64,000 nucleotides of DNA from Eledone cirrhosa (lineage: Eukaryota), in the NCBI GenBank assembly GCA_964016885.1, contig OZ024743.1, forward strand, positions 240,994,001 to 241,058,000, written 5' to 3'. The position numbers were made by a program, and so were the translations under genes. The notes under the pieces are model-generated. The model ran no database searches, was not told the origin of the DNA, and saw only the letters and a program-made list of their open reading frames with translations. Positions 35,500 through 52,000 of this stretch are shown in pieces; position 1 is the first letter of the stretch; the number at the start of each line of letters is the position of its first letter.

Positions 35500-38400
35500 C
35501 CACAACCAACAACAAAACCCGATCACCACCACCATCAACAACAACATCATCATCACAACCAACAACAAAACCCTATCTCCACCACCATCAACAACAACAT
35601 CATCACAACAACAACCAACAACTAAACCCTATCACCACCACCATCAACAACAACATCATCATCACAACCAACAACAAAACCCTATCACCACCGCCATCAA
35701 CAACAACATCATCAGCACAACCAACAACAAAACCCTATGACCACCACCATCAACAACAACATCATCACCACATCCAACAATAAAACCCTATCACCACCAC
35801 CATCAACAACAACATCATCATCACAACCAACAACAAAAACCTATCACCACAACAACCAACAACAACATCATCACAACAACCAACAACAAAACACTATCAC
35901 CACCACCATCAACAACAACATCATCACCACAACCAACAACAAAACCCGATCACCACCACCATCAACAACAACATCATCATCACAACCAACAACAAAACCC
36001 TATCACCACCACCATCAACAACAACATCATCACAACAACAACCAACAACTAAACCCTATCACCACCACCATCAACAACAACATCATCATCACAACCAACA
36101 ACAAAACCCTATCACCACCGCCATCAACAACATCATCACCACAACCAACAACAAAACCCTATCACCACCACCATCAACAACAACATCATCACAACAACCA
36201 ACAACAAAACCCTATCACCACCACCATCAACAACAACATCATCATCACAACCAACAACAAAACCCTATCACCACCGCCATCAACAACATCATCACCACAA
36301 CCAACAACAAAACCCTATCACCACCACCATCAACAACAACATCATCACCACAACCAACAACAAAACCCTATCACCACCACCATCAACAACAACATCATCA
36401 CAACAACCAACAACAAAACCCTATCACCACCACCATCAACAACAACATCATCATCACAACCAACAACAAAACCCTATCACCACCACCATCAACAACAACA
36501 TCATCACAACAACAACCAACAACTAAACCCTATCACCACCACCATCAACAACAACATCATCATCACAACCAACAACAAACCCTATCACCACCACCATCAA
36601 CAACAACATCATCACCACAACCAACAACAAAACCCTATCACCACCACCATCAACAACACCATCATCACAACAACCAACAACAAAACCCTATCACCACCAC
36701 CATCAACAACAACATCATCATCACAACCAACAACAAAACCCTATCATCACCACCATCAACAACAACATCATCACAACAACAACCAACAACTAAACCCTAT
36801 CACCGCCACCATCAGCAACAACATCATCATCACAACCAACAACAAAACCCTATCACCACCGCCATCAACAACAACATCATCACCACAACCAACAACAAAA
36901 CCCTATCACCACCACCATCAACAATAACATCATCATCACAACCAACAACAAAACCCTATCACCACCACCATCAACAACACCATCATCACCACAACCAACA
37001 ACAAAACCCTATGACCACCACCATCAACAACAACATCATCATCACAACCAACAACAAAACCCTATCACCACCACCATCAACAACAACATCATCACAACAA
37101 CCAACAACAAAACCCTATCACCACCACCATCAACAACAACATCATCATCACAACCAACAACAAAACCCTATCATCACCACCATCAACAACAACATCATCA
37201 CAACAACAACCAACAACTAAACCCTATCACCGCCACCATCAGCAACAACATCATCATCACAACCAACAACAAAACCCTATCACCACCGCCATCAACAACA
37301 ACATCATCACCACAACCAACAACAAAACCCTATCACCACCACCATCAACAATAACATCATCATCACAACCAACAACAAAACCCTATCACCACCACCATCA
37401 ACAACACCATCATCACCACAACCAACAACAAAACCCTATGACCACCACCATCAACAACAACATCATCACCACATCCAACAATAAAACCCTATCACCACCA
37501 CCATCAACAACAACATCATCACAACAACCAACAACAAAACCCTATCACCACCACCATCAACAACAACATCATCATCACAACCAACAACAAAACCCTATCA
37601 CCACCGCCATCAACAACATCATCACCACAACCAACAACAAAACCCTATCACCACCACCATCAACAACAACATCATCACCACAACCAACAACAAAACCCGA
37701 TCACCACCACCATCAACAACAACATCATCATCACAACCAACAACAAAACCCTATCACCACCACCATCAACAACAACATCATCACAACAACAACCAACAAC
37801 TAAACCCTATCACCACCACCATCAACAACAACATCATCACCACAACCAACAATAAAACCCTATCACCACCACCATCAACAACACCATCATCACAACAACC
37901 AACAACAAAACCCTATCACCACCACCATCAACAACAACATCATCATCACAACCAACAACAAAACCCTATCATCACCACCATCAACAACAACATCATCACA
38001 ACAACAACCAACAACTAAACCCTATCACCGCCACCATCAGCAACAACATCATCATCACAACCAACAACAAAACCCTATCACCACCGCCATCAACAACAAC
38101 ATCATCACCACAACCAACAACAAAACCCTATCACCACCACCATCAACAATAACATCATCATCACAACCAACAACAAAACCCTATCACCACCACCATCAAC
38201 AACACCATCATCACCACAACCAACAACAAAACCCTATGACCACCACCATCAACAACAACATCATCATCACAACCAACAACAAAACCCTATCACCACCACC
38301 ATCAACAACAACATCATCACAACAACCAACAACAAAACCCTATCACCACCACCATCAACAACAACATCATCATCACAACCAACAACAAAACCCTATCACC

Positions 38401-41000
38401 ACCACCATCAACAACAACATCATCATCACAACCAACAACAAAACCCTATCACCACCACCATCAACAACAACATCATCATCACAACCAACAACAAACCCTG
38501 TCACCACCACCACCAACAACAACATCATCATCACAACCAACAACAAAACCCTATCACCACCATCAACAACAACATCATCACAACAACCAACAACAAAACA
38601 CTATCACCACCGCCATCAACAACAACATCATCACCACATCCAACAACAAAACCCTATCACCACCACCACCAACAACAACATCATCATCACAACCAACAAC
38701 AAAACCCTATCACCACCACCATCAACAACAACATCATCACAACAACCAACAACAAAACACTATCACCACCGCCATCAACAACAACATCATCATCACAACC
38801 AACAACAAAACCCTATGACCACCACCATCAACAACAACATCATCATCACAACCAACAACAAAACCCTATCACCACCACCATCAACAACAACATCATCACA
38901 ACAACCAACAACAAAACCCTATCACCACCACCACCAACAACAACATCATCATCACAACCAACAACAAAACCCTATCACCACCACCATCAACAACAACATC
39001 ATCACAACAACCAACAACAAATCCCTATCACCACCACCACCAACAACAACATCATCACAACAACCAACAACAAAACCCTATCACCACCACCATCAACAAC
39101 AACATCATCATCACAACCAACAACAAAACCCTATCACCACCACCATCAACAACAACATCATCACAACAACAAACAACAAAACCCTATCACCACCGCCATC
39201 AACAACAACATCATCACCACATCCAACAACAAAACCCTATCACCACCACCACCAACAACAACATCATCATCACAACCAACAACAAAACCCTATCACCACC
39301 ACCACCAACAACAACATCATCATCACAACCAACAACAAAACCCTATCACCAGCACCATCAACAACAACATCATCACAACAACCAACAACAAATCCCTATC
39401 ACCACCACCATCAACAACAACATCATCACAACAACAAACAACAAAACCCTATCACCACCACCACCAACAACAACATCATCATCACAAGCAACAACAAAAC
39501 CCTATCACCACCACCATCAACAACAACATCATCACAACAACCAACAACAAATCCCTATCACCACCACCATCAACAACAACATCATCACCACAACCAACAA
39601 CAAAACCCTATCACCACCGCCATCAACAACAACATCATCACAACCAACAACAAAACACTATCACCACCACCATCAACAACAAAATCATCATCACAACCAA
39701 CAACAAAACCCTATCACCACCACCATCAACAACAACATCATCACAACAACCAACAACAAAACCCTATCACCACGACCATCAACAACAACATCATCACCAC
39801 AACCAACAACAAAACACTATCACCACCACCATCAACAATAACATCATCATCACAACCAACAACAAAACCCTGTCACCACCACCATCAACAACAACATCAT
39901 CATCACAACCAACAACAAAACCCTATCACCACCACCATCAACAACAACATCATCACAACAACCAACAACAAAACACTATCACCACCACCATCAACAACAA
40001 CATCATCATCACAACCAACAACAAAACCCTGTCACCACCACCATCAACAACAACATCATCATCACAACCAACAACAAAACCCTATCACCACCACCATCAA
40101 CAACAACATCATCACCACAACCAACAACAAAACCCGATCACCACCACCATCAACAACAACATCATCATCACAACCAACAACAAAACCCTATCACCACCAC
40201 CATCAACAACAACATCATCACAACAACAACCAACAACTAAACCCTATCACCACCACCATCAACAACAACATCATCATCACAACCAACAACAAAACCCTAT
40301 CACCACCACCATCAACAACAACATCATCACAACAACAACCAACAACTAAACCCTATCACCACCACCATCAACAACAACATCATCATCACAACCAACAACA
40401 AAACCCTATCACCACCACCATCAACAACAACATCATCACAACAACAACCAACAACTAAACCCTATCACCACCGCCATCAACAACAACATCATCACAACAA
40501 CCAACAACAAAACCCTATCACCACCACCATCAACAACAACATCATCACAACAACAACCAACAACTAAACCCTATCACCACCGCCATCAACAACATCATCA
40601 CAACAACCAACAACAAAACCCGATCACCACCACCATCAACAACAACATCATCATCACAACCAACAACAAAACCCTATCACCACCACCATCAACAACAACA
40701 TCATCACAACAACAACCAACAACAAAACCCTATCACCACCGCCATCAACAACAACATCATCACCACAACCAACAACAAAACACTATCACCACCACCATCA
40801 ACAACAACATCATCACCACAACCAACAACAAAACCCTATCACCACCACCATCAACAACATCATCATCACAACAACCAACAACAAAACCCTATCACCACCA
40901 CCATCAACAACAACATCATCACAACAACAACCAACAACTAAACCCTATCACCGCCACCATCAGCAACAACATCATCACAACAACCAACAACAAAACCCTA
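35500..41000 (+). repeat. Middle satellite domain with monomers (mostly 56 bp) carrying CTAAACCCTA, and 427/798-bp higher-order units
   Basis: CTAAACCCTA occurs at 35622 and near 36050, 36524, 36791, 37218, 37801, 38016, 40238, 40347, 40456, 40565 and 40939, preceded by an extra ACA/AAC triplet. The CCCTATGACC ATG is at 37011/37438 (427 = 8x53+3) and 38236 (798 = 15x53+3). ACCGCC and ATCACCACA variants are enriched. Confidence 0.8.
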
Positions 41001-44000
41001 TCACCACCACCATCAACAACAACATCATCATCACAACCAACAACAGAACCCTATCACCACCACCATCAACAACAACATCATCACAACAACCAACAACAAA
41101 ACACTATCACCACCACCATCAACAACAACATCATCATCACAACCAACAACAAAACCCTATCACCACCACCATCAACAACAACATCATCACAACAACCAAC
41201 AACAAAACCCTATTAACACCACCATCAACAACAACATCATCATCACAACCAACAACAAAACCCTATCAACACCACCATCAACAAAAAGATCATCAGCACA
41301 ACCAACAACAAAACCCTATCACCACCACCATCAACAACAACATCATCACAACAACCAACAACAAAACCCTATCACCACCACCATCAACAACAACATCATC
41401 ATCACAACCAACAACAAAACCCTATCACCACCACCATCAACAACAACATCATCACAACAACCAACAACAAAACCCTATCACCACCACCATAAACAACAAC
41501 ATCATCATCACGACCAACAAGTAAACCCTATCACCACCACATTCAACAACAACATCATCACAACAACCAACAACAAAACACTATCACCACAACCATCAAC
41601 AACAACATCATCACAACAACCAACAACGAACCCCTATCACCACCACCATCAACAACAACATCATCATCACAACCAACAACAAAACCCTATCAACACCACC
41701 ATCAACAACAACATCATCACAACAACCAACAACAAAACGCTATCACCACCACCATCAACAACAACATAATCACCACAACCAACAACAAACACTATCACTA
41801 CCACCATGAACAACAACAACATCATCACAACAACCAACTACAAACCCTACCACCACCACCATCAACAACAACATCATCACAACAACCAACAACGAAACCC
41901 TATCACCACCACCATCAAAAACAACATCATCATCACAACCAACAACAAAACCCTATCACCACCACCATCAACAACAACATCATCATCACAACCAACAACA
42001 AAACCCTGTCACCACCACCATCAACAACAACATCATCATCACAACCAACAACAAAACCCTATCACCACCACCATCAACAACAACATCATCACAACAACCA
42101 ACAACAACATCATCACCACAACCAACAACAACATCATCATCACAACCAACAACAAAACCCTATCACCACCACCATCAACAACAACATCATCACAACAACC
42201 AACAACAAAACCTTATCACAACCACCATCAACAACAACATAATCACCACAACCAACAATAAACACTATCACCACCACCATAACAACAACATCATCACAAC
42301 AACCACCAACAAAACCCTATCACCACCACCATCAACAACAATATCATCACAACAACCAACAACAAACACGATCACCACCACCATCAACAACAACATCATC
42401 ACAACAACCAACAACAAAACGCTATCACCACCACCATCAACAACAACATCATCATCGCAACCAACAACAAAACCCTATCACCACCACCATCAACAACAAC
42501 ATCATCACCACAACCAACAATAACATCATCACCACAACCAACAACAACATCATCATCACAACCAACAACAAAACCCTATCACCACCACCATCAACAACAA
42601 CATCATCACCACCAACAACAAAACCCTATCACCATAACCATCAACAAAAACATCATCACAACAACCAACAACAAAACCCTATCACCACCACCATCAACAA
42701 CAACATCATCACAACAACAAACAACAAAACACTATAACCACCACCATCAACAACAACATCATCATCACAACCAACAACAAAACACTATCACCACAACCAT
42801 CAACAACAACATCATCACAACAACCAACAACGAAACCCTATCACCACCACCATCAACAATGACATCATCACAACCAACAACAAAACCCTATCACAACCAC
42901 CATCAACAACAACATCATCATCACAACGAACAACAAACACTATCACCACCACCATCAACAACAACATTATCACAACAACCAACAACAAAACACTATCACC
43001 ACCACCATCAACAACAACATCATCACAACAACAAACAACAAAACCCTATCACCACCACCATCAACAACGACATCATCACAACCAACAACAAAACCGTATC
43101 ACCACCACCATCAACAACAACATCATCACAACAACCAACAACAAAACCCTATCACCACGACCACCAACAACAACATCATCATCACAACCAAAACAAACCC
43201 CTATCACCACCACCATCAACAACAACATCATCACAACAACAAACAACAAAACCCTATCACCACCACCATCAACAACAACATCATCATCATAACCAACAAC
43301 AAAACCCTATCACCACCACCATCAATAACAACATCATCACCACAACCAACAACAACATATTCACCACAACCAACAACAACATCATCACAACAACCAACGA
43401 CAAAACCCCATCACCACCAACATCAACAACAACATCATCACAACAAACAACAACAAAACCCTATCACCACCACTATCAACAACAACATCATCACCACAAA
43501 CTACAACAAAACCCTATCACCACCACCATCAACAACAACATCATCACAACAACCAACAACAAAACCCTATCACCACCACCATCAACAATAACATCATCAC
43601 AACAACCAACAACAAAACCCTACCGCCACCAACATCAACAACAACATCATCACAACAACCAACAACAAAACCCTATCACCACCACCATCAGCAACAACAT
43701 CATCATCACAACCAACAAGAAAACCCTATCACCACCACCATCAACAACAACATCATCACAACAACCAACAACAAAACACTATCACCACCACCATCAATAA
43801 CAACATCATCATCACAACCAACAACAAAACCCTGTCACCACCACCATCAACAACAACATCATCATCACAACCAACAACAAAACCCTATCACCACCACCAT
43901 CAACAACAACATCATCACAACAACCAACAACAAAACACTATCACCACCACCATCAACAACTACATCATCATCACAACCAACAACAAAACCCTATCACCAC

Positions 44001-47000
44001 CATCATCAACAACACCATCATCAAAACAAGCAACAACAAAACCCTATCACCACCACCATCAACAACAACATCATCATCACAACCAACAATAAAACCCTAT
44101 CACCACCACCATCAACAACAACATCATCACCACAACCAACAACAACATCATCACCACAACCAACAACAACATCATCATCACAACCAACAACAAAACCCTA
44201 CCACCACCACCATCAACAACAACATCATCACAACCAACAACAAAACCTTATCACCACCACCATCAACAACAACATCATCACCACCAACAACAACAAAACC
44301 CTATCACCATGACCACCAACAACAACATCATCATCACAACCAAAACAAACCCCTATCACCACCACCATCAACAACAACATCATCACAACAACCAACAACA
44401 AAACACTATCACCACCACCATCAACAACAACATCATCACAACAACAAACAACAAAACCCTATCACCACCACCATCAACAACAACATCATCATCACAACCA
44501 AAACAAACCCCTATCACCACCACCATCAACAACAACATCATCACAACAACCAACAACAAAACGCTATCACCACCACCATCAACAACAACATCATCATCAT
44601 AACCAACAACAAAACCCTATCACCACCACCATCAATAACAACATCATCACCACAACCAACAACAACATATTCACCACAACCAACAACAACATCATCATCA
44701 CAACCAACAACAAAACCCTATCACCACCACCATAAACAACAACATCATCACAACAACCAACAACAAAACCCTATCACCACCACCATCAACAGCAACAACA
44801 TCATCACAACCAACAACAAAACCCTATCACCACCACCATCAACAACAACATCATCACAACAACCAACAACAAAACCCCATCACCACCAACATCAACAATA
44901 ACATCATCACAACAACCAACAACAAAACACTATCACCACCACTATCAACAACAACATCATCACCACAACCATCAACAAAACCCTATCACCACCACCATCA
45001 ACAACAACATCATCACAACAACCAACAACAAAACCCTATCACCACCACCATCAACAATAACATCATCTCAACAACAAACAACAAAACCCTACCACCACCA
45101 CCATCAACAACAACATCATCACAACAACCAACAACAAAACCCTATCACCACCACCATCAACAACAACATCATCATCACAACCAACAACAAAACCCTATCA
45201 CCACCACCATCAACAACAACATCATCACAACCAACAACAAAACCCTGTCACCACCACCATCAACAACAACATCATCACAACCAACAACAAAACCCTATCA
45301 CCACAACCACCAACAACAACATCATCACAACAACCAACAACAAAACCCTATCACCACCACCATTAATAAAATCATCATCATCACAACCAACAATAAAACC
45401 CTATCACCACCACCATCAACAACATCATCATCATCACAAACAACAATAAAACCCTATCACCACCACCATCAACAACAACATCATCACAACAACCAACAAC
45501 AAAACACTATCACCACCACCATCAACAACAACATCATCATCACAACCAACAATAAAACCCTATCACCACCACCACCAACAACAACATCATCATCACAACC
45601 AAAACAAACCCGTATCACCACCACCATCAACAACAACATCATCACAACAACCAACAACGAACCCCTATCACCACCACCATCAACAACAACATCATCATCA
45701 CAACCAACAACAAACCCCTATCACCACCACCATCAACAACAACATCATCATCACAACCAACAATAAAACCCTATCACTACCACCATGAACAACAACAACA
45801 TCATCACAACAACCAACAACGAACCCCTATCACCACCACCATCAACAACAACATCATCATCACAACCAACAACAAACCCCTATCACCACCACCATCAACA
45901 ACAACAACATCATCACAACCAACAACAAAACCCTATCACCACCACCATCAACAACAACATCATGATCACAACCAACAACAAATCCCTGTCACCAACACCA
46001 TCAACAACAACATCATCAGCACAACCAACAACAAAACCCTATCACCACCACCATCAACAACAACATCATCACAACAACCATCAACAAAACACTATCACCA
46101 CCACCATCAACAACAAAATCATCATCACAACCAACAACAAAACCCTATCACCACCACCATCAACAACAACATCATCATCACAACCAACAACAAAACTCTA
46201 TCACCACCACCATCAACAACAACATCATCACAACCAACAACAAAACCCTGTCACCACCACCATCAACAACAACATCATCATCACAACCAACAACAAAACC
46301 CTATCACCACCACCATCAACAACAACATCATCACAACAACCAACAACAAAACACTATCACCACCACCATCAACAACAACATCATCATCACAACCAACAAC
46401 AAAACCCTATCACCACCATCATCAACAACACCATCATCAAAACAACCAACAACAAAACCCTATCACCACCACCATCAACAACAACATCATCATCACAACC
46501 AACAACAAAACCCTATCACCACCACCATCAACAACAACATCATCATCACAACCAACAATAAAACCCTATCACCACCACCATCAACAACCAACAACAAAAC
46601 ACTATCACCACCACCATCAACAACACCATCATCACAACAACCAACAACAAAACCCTATCACCACCACCATCAACAACAACATCATCATCACAACCAACAA
46701 CAAAACCCTATCACCACCACCATCAACAACAACATCATCATCACAACCAACAATAAAAGCCTATCACCACCACCATCAACAACAACATCATCACAACAAC
46801 CAACAACAAAACACTATCACCACAAACATCAACAACAACATCATCACAACAACCAACAACAAAACCCTATCACCACCACCATTAATAAAATCATCATCAT
46901 CACAACCAACAATAAAACCCTATCACCACCACCATCAACAACATCATCATCATCACAACCAACAATAAAACCCTATCACCACCACCATCAAAAACAACAT

Positions 47001-49099
47001 CATCACAACAACCAACAACAAAACCCTATCACCACCACCATCAACAACAACATCATCACAACCAACAACAAAACCCTATCACCACCACCATCAACAACAA
47101 CATCATCATCACAACCAACAACAAACCCCTATCACCACCACCATCAACAACAACATCATCATCACAACCAACAATAAAACCCTATCACTACCAACATGAA
47201 CAAAAAGAACATCATCACAACAACCAACTACAAACCTTACCACCACCACCATCAACAACAACATCATCACAACAACCAACAACAAAACCCTATCACCACC
47301 ACCATCAACAACAACATCATCATCACAACCAACAACAAAACCCTATCACCACCACCATCAACAACAACATCATCATCACAACCAACAACAAATCCCTGTC
47401 ACCAACACCATCAACAACAACATCATCATCACAACCAACAACAAAACACTATCGCCACCACCATCAACAACAACATCATCACAACAACCATCAACAAAAC
47501 ACTATCACCACCACCATCAACAACAACATCATCATCACAACCAACAACAAAACCCTATCACCACCACCATCAACAACAACATCATCACAACAACCAACAA
47601 CAAAACCTTATCACCACCACCATCAACAACATCATCATCACAACAACCAACAACAAACACGATCACCACCACCATCAACAACAACATCATCACAACAACC
47701 AACAACAAAACGCTATCACCACCACCATCAACAACAACATCATCATCGCAACCAACAACAAAACCCTATCACCACCACCATCAACAACAACATCATCACC
47801 ACAACCAACAACAACATCATCACCACAACCAACAACAACATCATCATCACAACCAACAACAAAACCCTATCACCACCACCATCAACAACAACATCATCAC
47901 AACCAACAACAAAACCTTATCACCACCACCATCAACAACAACATCATCACCACCAACAACAACAAAACCCTATCACCACCACCATCAACAAAAACATCAT
48001 CACAACAACCAACAACAAAACACTATCACCACCACCATCAACAACAACATCATCATCACAACCAACAACAAAACCCTATCACCACCACCATCAACAACAA
48101 CATCATCACAACAACCAACAACAAAACCCTATCACCACCACCATCAACAATGACATCATCACAACCAACAAAACCCTATCACAACCACCATGAACAACAA
48201 CATCATCATCACAACGAACAACAAACACTATCACCACCACCATCAACAACAACATTATCACAACAACCAACAACAAAACACTATCACAACCACCATCAAC
48301 AACAACATCATCACAACAACAAACAACAAAACCCTATCAACACCACCATCAACAACGACATCATCACAACTAACAACAAAACCGTATCACCACCACCATC
48401 AACAACAACATCATCACAACAACCAACAACAAAACCCTATCACCACGACCACCAACAACAACATCATCATCACAACCAAAACAAACCCCTATCACCACCA
48501 CCATCAACAACAACATCATCACAACAACCAACAACAAAACACTATCACCACCACCATCAACAACAACATCATCACAACAACAAACAACAAAACATTATCA
48601 CCACCACCATCAACAACAACATCATTACAACAACCAACAGCGAAACCCTATCACCACCACCATCAACAACGACATCATCACAACCAACAACAAAACACTA
48701 TCACAACCACCATCAACAACAACATTATCATCACAACGAACAACAAACACTATCACCACCACCATCAACAACAACATCATCACAACAACCAACAACAAAA
48801 CCCTATCACCACCACCGTCAACAATAACATCATCACAACAAACAACAACAAAACCCTATCACCACCAACATCAACAACAACATCATCACAACAACCAACA
48901 ACAAAACCCTATCACCACCACCATCAACAACAACATCATCACAACAACCAACAACAAAACCCTATCACCACCACCATCAACAACAACATCATCATCACAA
49001 CCAACAACAAAACCCTATCAACAACAACATCATCATCACAACCAACAACAAAACCCTGTCACCACCACCATCAACAACAACATCATCATCACAACCAAC

Positions 49100-52000
49100 A
49101 ACAAAACCCTATCACCACCACCATCAACAACAACATCATCACAACAACCAACAACAAAACACTATCACCACCACCATCAACAACAACATCACCACAATCA
49201 ACAACAAAACACTATCACCACCGCCATCATCAACAACATCATCATCACAACCAACAACAAAACCCTATCACAACCACCATCAACAACAACATAATAACAA
49301 CAACCAGCAACAAAACCGTATCACCATCAACAACAACATCATCACAACCAACAACAAAACCCTATCACCAAGACCATCAACAACAACATCATCACAATCA
49401 ACAATAAAACCCTATCACCACCTCCATCAACAACAACATCATCACAACAACCAACAACAAAACCCTATCACCACCACCATCAACAAAAACATCATCAGAA
49501 CAACCAACAACTAAACCTTATCACCACCACCATCAACAACAACATCATCACAACAACCAACAACATAAAACCCTATCACCACCACCATCAACAACAACAT
49601 CATCACAACAACCAAAACAAAACCCTATCACCACCACCATCAACAAAAACATCATCACAACAACCAACAACTAAACCCTATCACCACCACCATCAACAAT
49701 AACATCATCATCACAACCAACAACAAAACCCTATCACCACCACCATCAACAACAACATCATCACCACAACCAACAACAAAACCCTATCACCACCACCATC
49801 AACAAAAACATCATCACAACAACCAACAACAAAACTCGATCACCACCACCATCAACAACAACATCATCACCACAACCAACAACAAAACCCTATCACCACC
49901 ACCATCAACAACAACATCATCACAACAACCAACAACAAAACCCTATCACCACCACCATCAACAACAACATCACCACAATCAACAACAAAACACTATCACC
50001 ACCACCATCAACAACAACATCATCATCACAAACAACAACGAAACCCTATCACCACCGCCATCAACAACAACATCATCACAACAACCAACAACAAAACCCT
50101 ATCACCATCAACAACAACATCACCACAATCAACAACAAAACACTATCACCACCGCCATCATCAACAACATCATCATCACAACCAACAACAATGCCCTATC
50201 ACAACCACCATCAACAACAACATAATAACAACAACCAGCAACAAAACCGTATCACCATCAACAACAACATCATCACAACCAACAACAAAACCCTATCACC
50301 AAGACCATCAACAACAACATCATCACAATCAACAACAAAACCCTATCACCACCTCCATCAACAACAACATCATCACAACAACCAACAACAAAACCCTATC
50401 ACCACCACCATCAACAAAAACATCATCAGAACAACCAAGAACTAAACCTTATCACCACCACCATCAACAACAACATCATCACAACAACCAACAACATAAA
50501 ACCCTATCACCACCACCATCAACAACAACATCATCACAACAACCAACAACAAAACCCTATCACCATCAACAACAACATAATCACCACAACCAACAATAAA
50601 CGCTATCACCGCCACCATCAACAACAACATCATCACAACAACCAACAACAAAACCCTATCACCACCACGATCAACAGCAACATAATCACCACAACCAACA
50701 ACAAACACTATCACCACCACCATAACAACAACATCATCACAACAACCACCAACAAAACCCTATCACCACCACCATCAACAACAATATCATCACAACAACC
50801 AACAACAAACACGATCACCACCACCATCAACAACAACATCATCACAACAACCAACAACAAAACGCTATCACCACCACCATCAACAACAACATCATCATCG
50901 CAACCAACAACAAAACCCTATCACCACCACCATCAACAACAACATCATCACCACAACCAACAACAACATCATCACCACAACCAACAACAACATCATCATC
51001 ACAGCCAACAACAAAACCATATCACCACCACCATCAACAACAACATCATCACAACCAACAACAAAACCTTATCACCATCACCATCAACAACAACATCATC
51101 ACCACCAACAACAACAAAACCCTATCACCACCACGATCAACAAAAACATCATCACAACAACCAACAACAAAACACTATCACCACCACCATCAACAACAAC
51201 ATCATCACAACAACAAACAACAAAACACTATCATCACCACCATCAACAACAACATCATCATCACAACCAACAACAAAACCCTATCACCACCACCATCAAC
51301 AACAACATCATCACAACAACCAACAACAAAACCCTATCACCACCACCATCAACAATGACATCATCACAACCAACAACAAAACCCTATCACAACCACCATC
51401 AACAACAACATCATCATCACAACGAACAACAAACACTATCACCACCACCATCAACAACAACATTATCACAACAACCAACAACAAAACACTATCACCACCA
51501 CCATCAACAACAACATCATCACAACAACAAACAACAAAACCCTATCACCACCACCATCAACAACGACATCATCACAACCAACAACAAAACCCTATCACCA
51601 CCACCATCAACAACGACATCATCGCAACCAACAACAAAACACTATCACAACCACCATCAACAACAACATTATCATCACAACGAACAACAAACACTATCAC
51701 CACCACCATCAACAACAACATTATCACAACAACCAACAACAAAACACTATCACCACCACCATCAACAACAACATCATCATCACAACCAAAACAAACCCCT
51801 ATCACCACCACCATCAACAACAACATCATCACAACAACCAACAACAAAACACTATCACCACCACCATCTACAACAACATTATCACAACAACCAACAACAA
51901 AACCCTATCACCACCACCATCAACAACAATATCATCACAACAACCAACAACAAACACGATCACCACCACCATCAACAACAACATTATCACAACAACCAAC

